Assembly: GCA_910578245.1 (NCBI GenBank)
Contig: CAJTPC010000005.1
Span: 2,850-66,849, forward strand
Source of the DNA: an uncultured Christensenella sp.
Lineage (GTDB): Bacteria; Bacillota; Clostridia; Christensenellales; UBA3700
Direction of reading: 5' to 3'
DNA length: 64,000 bases
Made by a program: the position numbers and the translations under genes
Shown here: one piece after another, positions 62,635 to 64,000 of the stretch
Layout: each line of letters begins with the position of its first letter
Numbering within the stretch: the first letter of the stretch is position 1
The notes under the pieces: model-generated
The model's input: only the letters and a program-made list of their open reading frames with translations
What the model was told of the DNA's origin: nothing
Databases searched by the model: none

Positions 62635-64000
62635 TTATATCTTAAGTATAGACATAAAGGCTTCGCTCGGCACCTCTACGGAGCCGACTTGGCGCATACG
62701 TTTCTTACCTTCTTTTTGTTTCTCGAGAAGTTTCTTTTTACGCGTTATGTCACCGCCGTAACACTTGGCAAGCACGTCTTTACGCATGGCCTTGACAGTT
62801 TCTCTCGCTATGACTTTACCGCCTATAGCCGCTTGAATTGGTATCTCAAAAAGTTGTCTTGGGATTACGTCTTTTAACTTTTCGGCAATACCTCTGCCCC
62901 TTGCGTAAGCCTTATCCTTATGAACTATCAGACTTAAAGCGTCGCATATCTCTCCGTTAAGCAACATATCCAACTTGACCAAATCGCTTTTCTTATAGTC
63001 GGCAATCTCATAGTCAAGACTTGCGTATCCTCTTGTGCGCGACTTGAGCGTATCGAAAAAGTCATAGATTATCTCGTTGAGTGGCATAACGTAATCAATA
63101 CGTACTCTAGTTGTATCCAGATAAGTGAGATTGATAAACTCTCCCCTCTTGTCTTGACAAAGCTCCATTATCGACCCAACGTACTCAGGCGGAGTATATA
63201 TAAATGCATTGACAACAGGTTCTTCCATATGATCAATATCGCCTGCCGGCGGTAAGTTGGACGGATTGGATACGATTATCTCTTCGCCATTAGTCTTGAT
63301 TACCTTATACGATACGCTGGGCGCAGTCGTTACAAGGTCAAGGTCAAATTCCCTCTCCAATCTCTCTTGAATGATTTCCATATGCAAAAGTCCCAAAAAT
63401 CCGCATCTAAAACCAAATCCAAGCGCTGTAGATACTTCGGGTTCGTACATAAGCGAAGCATCGTTGAGTTTAAGTTTTTCCAAAGCGTCTTTCAAGTCGT
63501 TATACTTAGAGCCGTCAGCGGGATATACTCCCGAAAATACCATTGGAGAGGCTTCCTTATATCCGTCTAGAGGCTTGGAAGTCTTATCGCTTGCCATAAG
63601 TATCGTATCGCCGACTTTGGTATCGCTGACGTTCTTGATACTTGCGCAAAGATAACCTACGTCACCTGCCGAAAGGCTGTCCCTTGGTTGCATTTTTGGT
63701 ACGAATACGCCTACTTCCGTGACGTCAAACTCTTTTCCCGTGACGCACATTCTTATTCTGTCGCCCGCCTTGACTTCTCCGTCAAATACTCTTATAAAAG
63801 ATATTGCGCCCTTGTACGAATCGTAATATGAATCGAAAATCAAGGCTTTGAAGGGCGCGTCTATATTCCCGCTGGGCGGTGGCAACAACTCTATTACTTG
63901 CTTAAGCACTTCATCTATGCCAATGCACTCTTTTGCAGAAATAAGCGGAGCATTTTGAGCGTCAAGACCTATGACCTCCTCTATCTCAGTCTTGATCTCG
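62635..64000 (-). CDS. lepA: Elongation factor 4 (LepA), C-terminal about 455 codons; the N-terminus is beyond the right edge
   Basis: LepA-specific C-terminal domain ([21 protein letters not shown]). The frame stays open upstream of the track Met through to position 64000. Confidence 0.93.
   Translation of the reverse strand, partial: EIKTEIEEVIGLDAQNAPLISAKECIGIDEVLKQVIELLPPPSGNIDAPFKALIFDSYYDSYKGAISFIRVFDGEVKAGDRIRMCVTGKEFDVTEVGVFVPKMQPRDSLSAGDVGYLCASIKNVSDTKVGDTILMASDKTSKPLDGYKEASPMVFSGVYPADGSKYNDLKDALEKLKLNDASLMYEPEVSTALGFGFRCGFLGLLHMEIIQERLEREFDLDLVTTAPSVSYKVIKTNGEEIIVSNPSNLPPAGDIDHMEEPVVNAFIYTPPEYVGSIMELCQDKRGEFINLTYLDTTRVRIDYVMPLNEIIYDFFDTLKSRTRGYASLDYEIADYKKSDLVKLDMLLNGEICDALSLIVHKDKAYARGRGIAEKLKDVIPRQLFEIPIQAAIGGKVIARETVKAMRKDVLAKCYGGDITRKKKLLEKQKEGKKRMRQVGSVEVPSEAFMSILKI

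Noticed and set aside
1-64000. Looked for tRNA, rRNA, tmRNA, IS transposases, integrases, restriction-modification or other defence genes.
   Set aside because: I found none by eye: no GGTTCGAATCC-type T-arm contexts and no transposase, integrase or defence-like ORFs. A tRNAscan, Infernal or defence-finder run would be needed to exclude small RNA genes formally.

Overview
This is an AT-rich, gene-dense chromosomal segment, transcribed almost entirely from the minus strand. It looks like a low-GC Gram-positive (Clostridia/Bacilli-like) genome, and the sporulation signature genes ytxC, yqfC and yqfD point to a spore former. I count about 57 protein genes, nearly all core housekeeping and arranged with Bacillus-like synteny:
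- pnp-rpsO
- hemZ-like gene, MBL hydrolase, dtd, relA, recJ, secDF
- infC-rpmI-rplT, where infC uses an ATT start and has an L20-type leader attenuator
- thrS behind a T-box leader
- a long (type-2-like) ileS, pgi, ppdK
- yqfC-yqfD-phoH-pgpH-ybeY-era-yqzL-recO
- dnaB, pepF, lepA-hemW

I found no rRNA, tRNA, CRISPR array, IS element, prophage or recognisable defence island by eye. I cannot point to a clear new multi-gene system.

The unexplained signal sits mostly in the intergenic DNA:
- A modular hairpin-repeat family is scattered through at least seven intergenic gaps.
- A small GIY-YIG nuclease gene is embedded in that repeat scaffold, with 77-bp perfect direct repeats 615 bp apart and a 37-bp inverted repeat.
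- A second repeat family forms a 162-bp tandem array between lepA and hemW. Single copies lie immediately 3' of two other genes, co-oriented with them.
- A roughly 165-nt structured leader with competing terminator and antiterminator pairings precedes an ACT-like (TM1266-type) regulator and a NitT/TauT-type ABC importer.

Smaller oddities:
- an orphan MalK-like ABC ATPase with every catalytic motif degenerate
- a frameshifted PTS-EIIC-like gene
- two good small ORFs that the 60-aa ORF cutoff missed (yqzL-like and a zinc-ribbon protein)
- a pair of small low-complexity proteins, one of them Met-rich
- several perfect palindromes that look like operators

Several ORF-track N-termini start at TTG inside a Shine-Dalgarno (SD) sequence. 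I trimmed these to the downstream ATG that has proper SD spacing.
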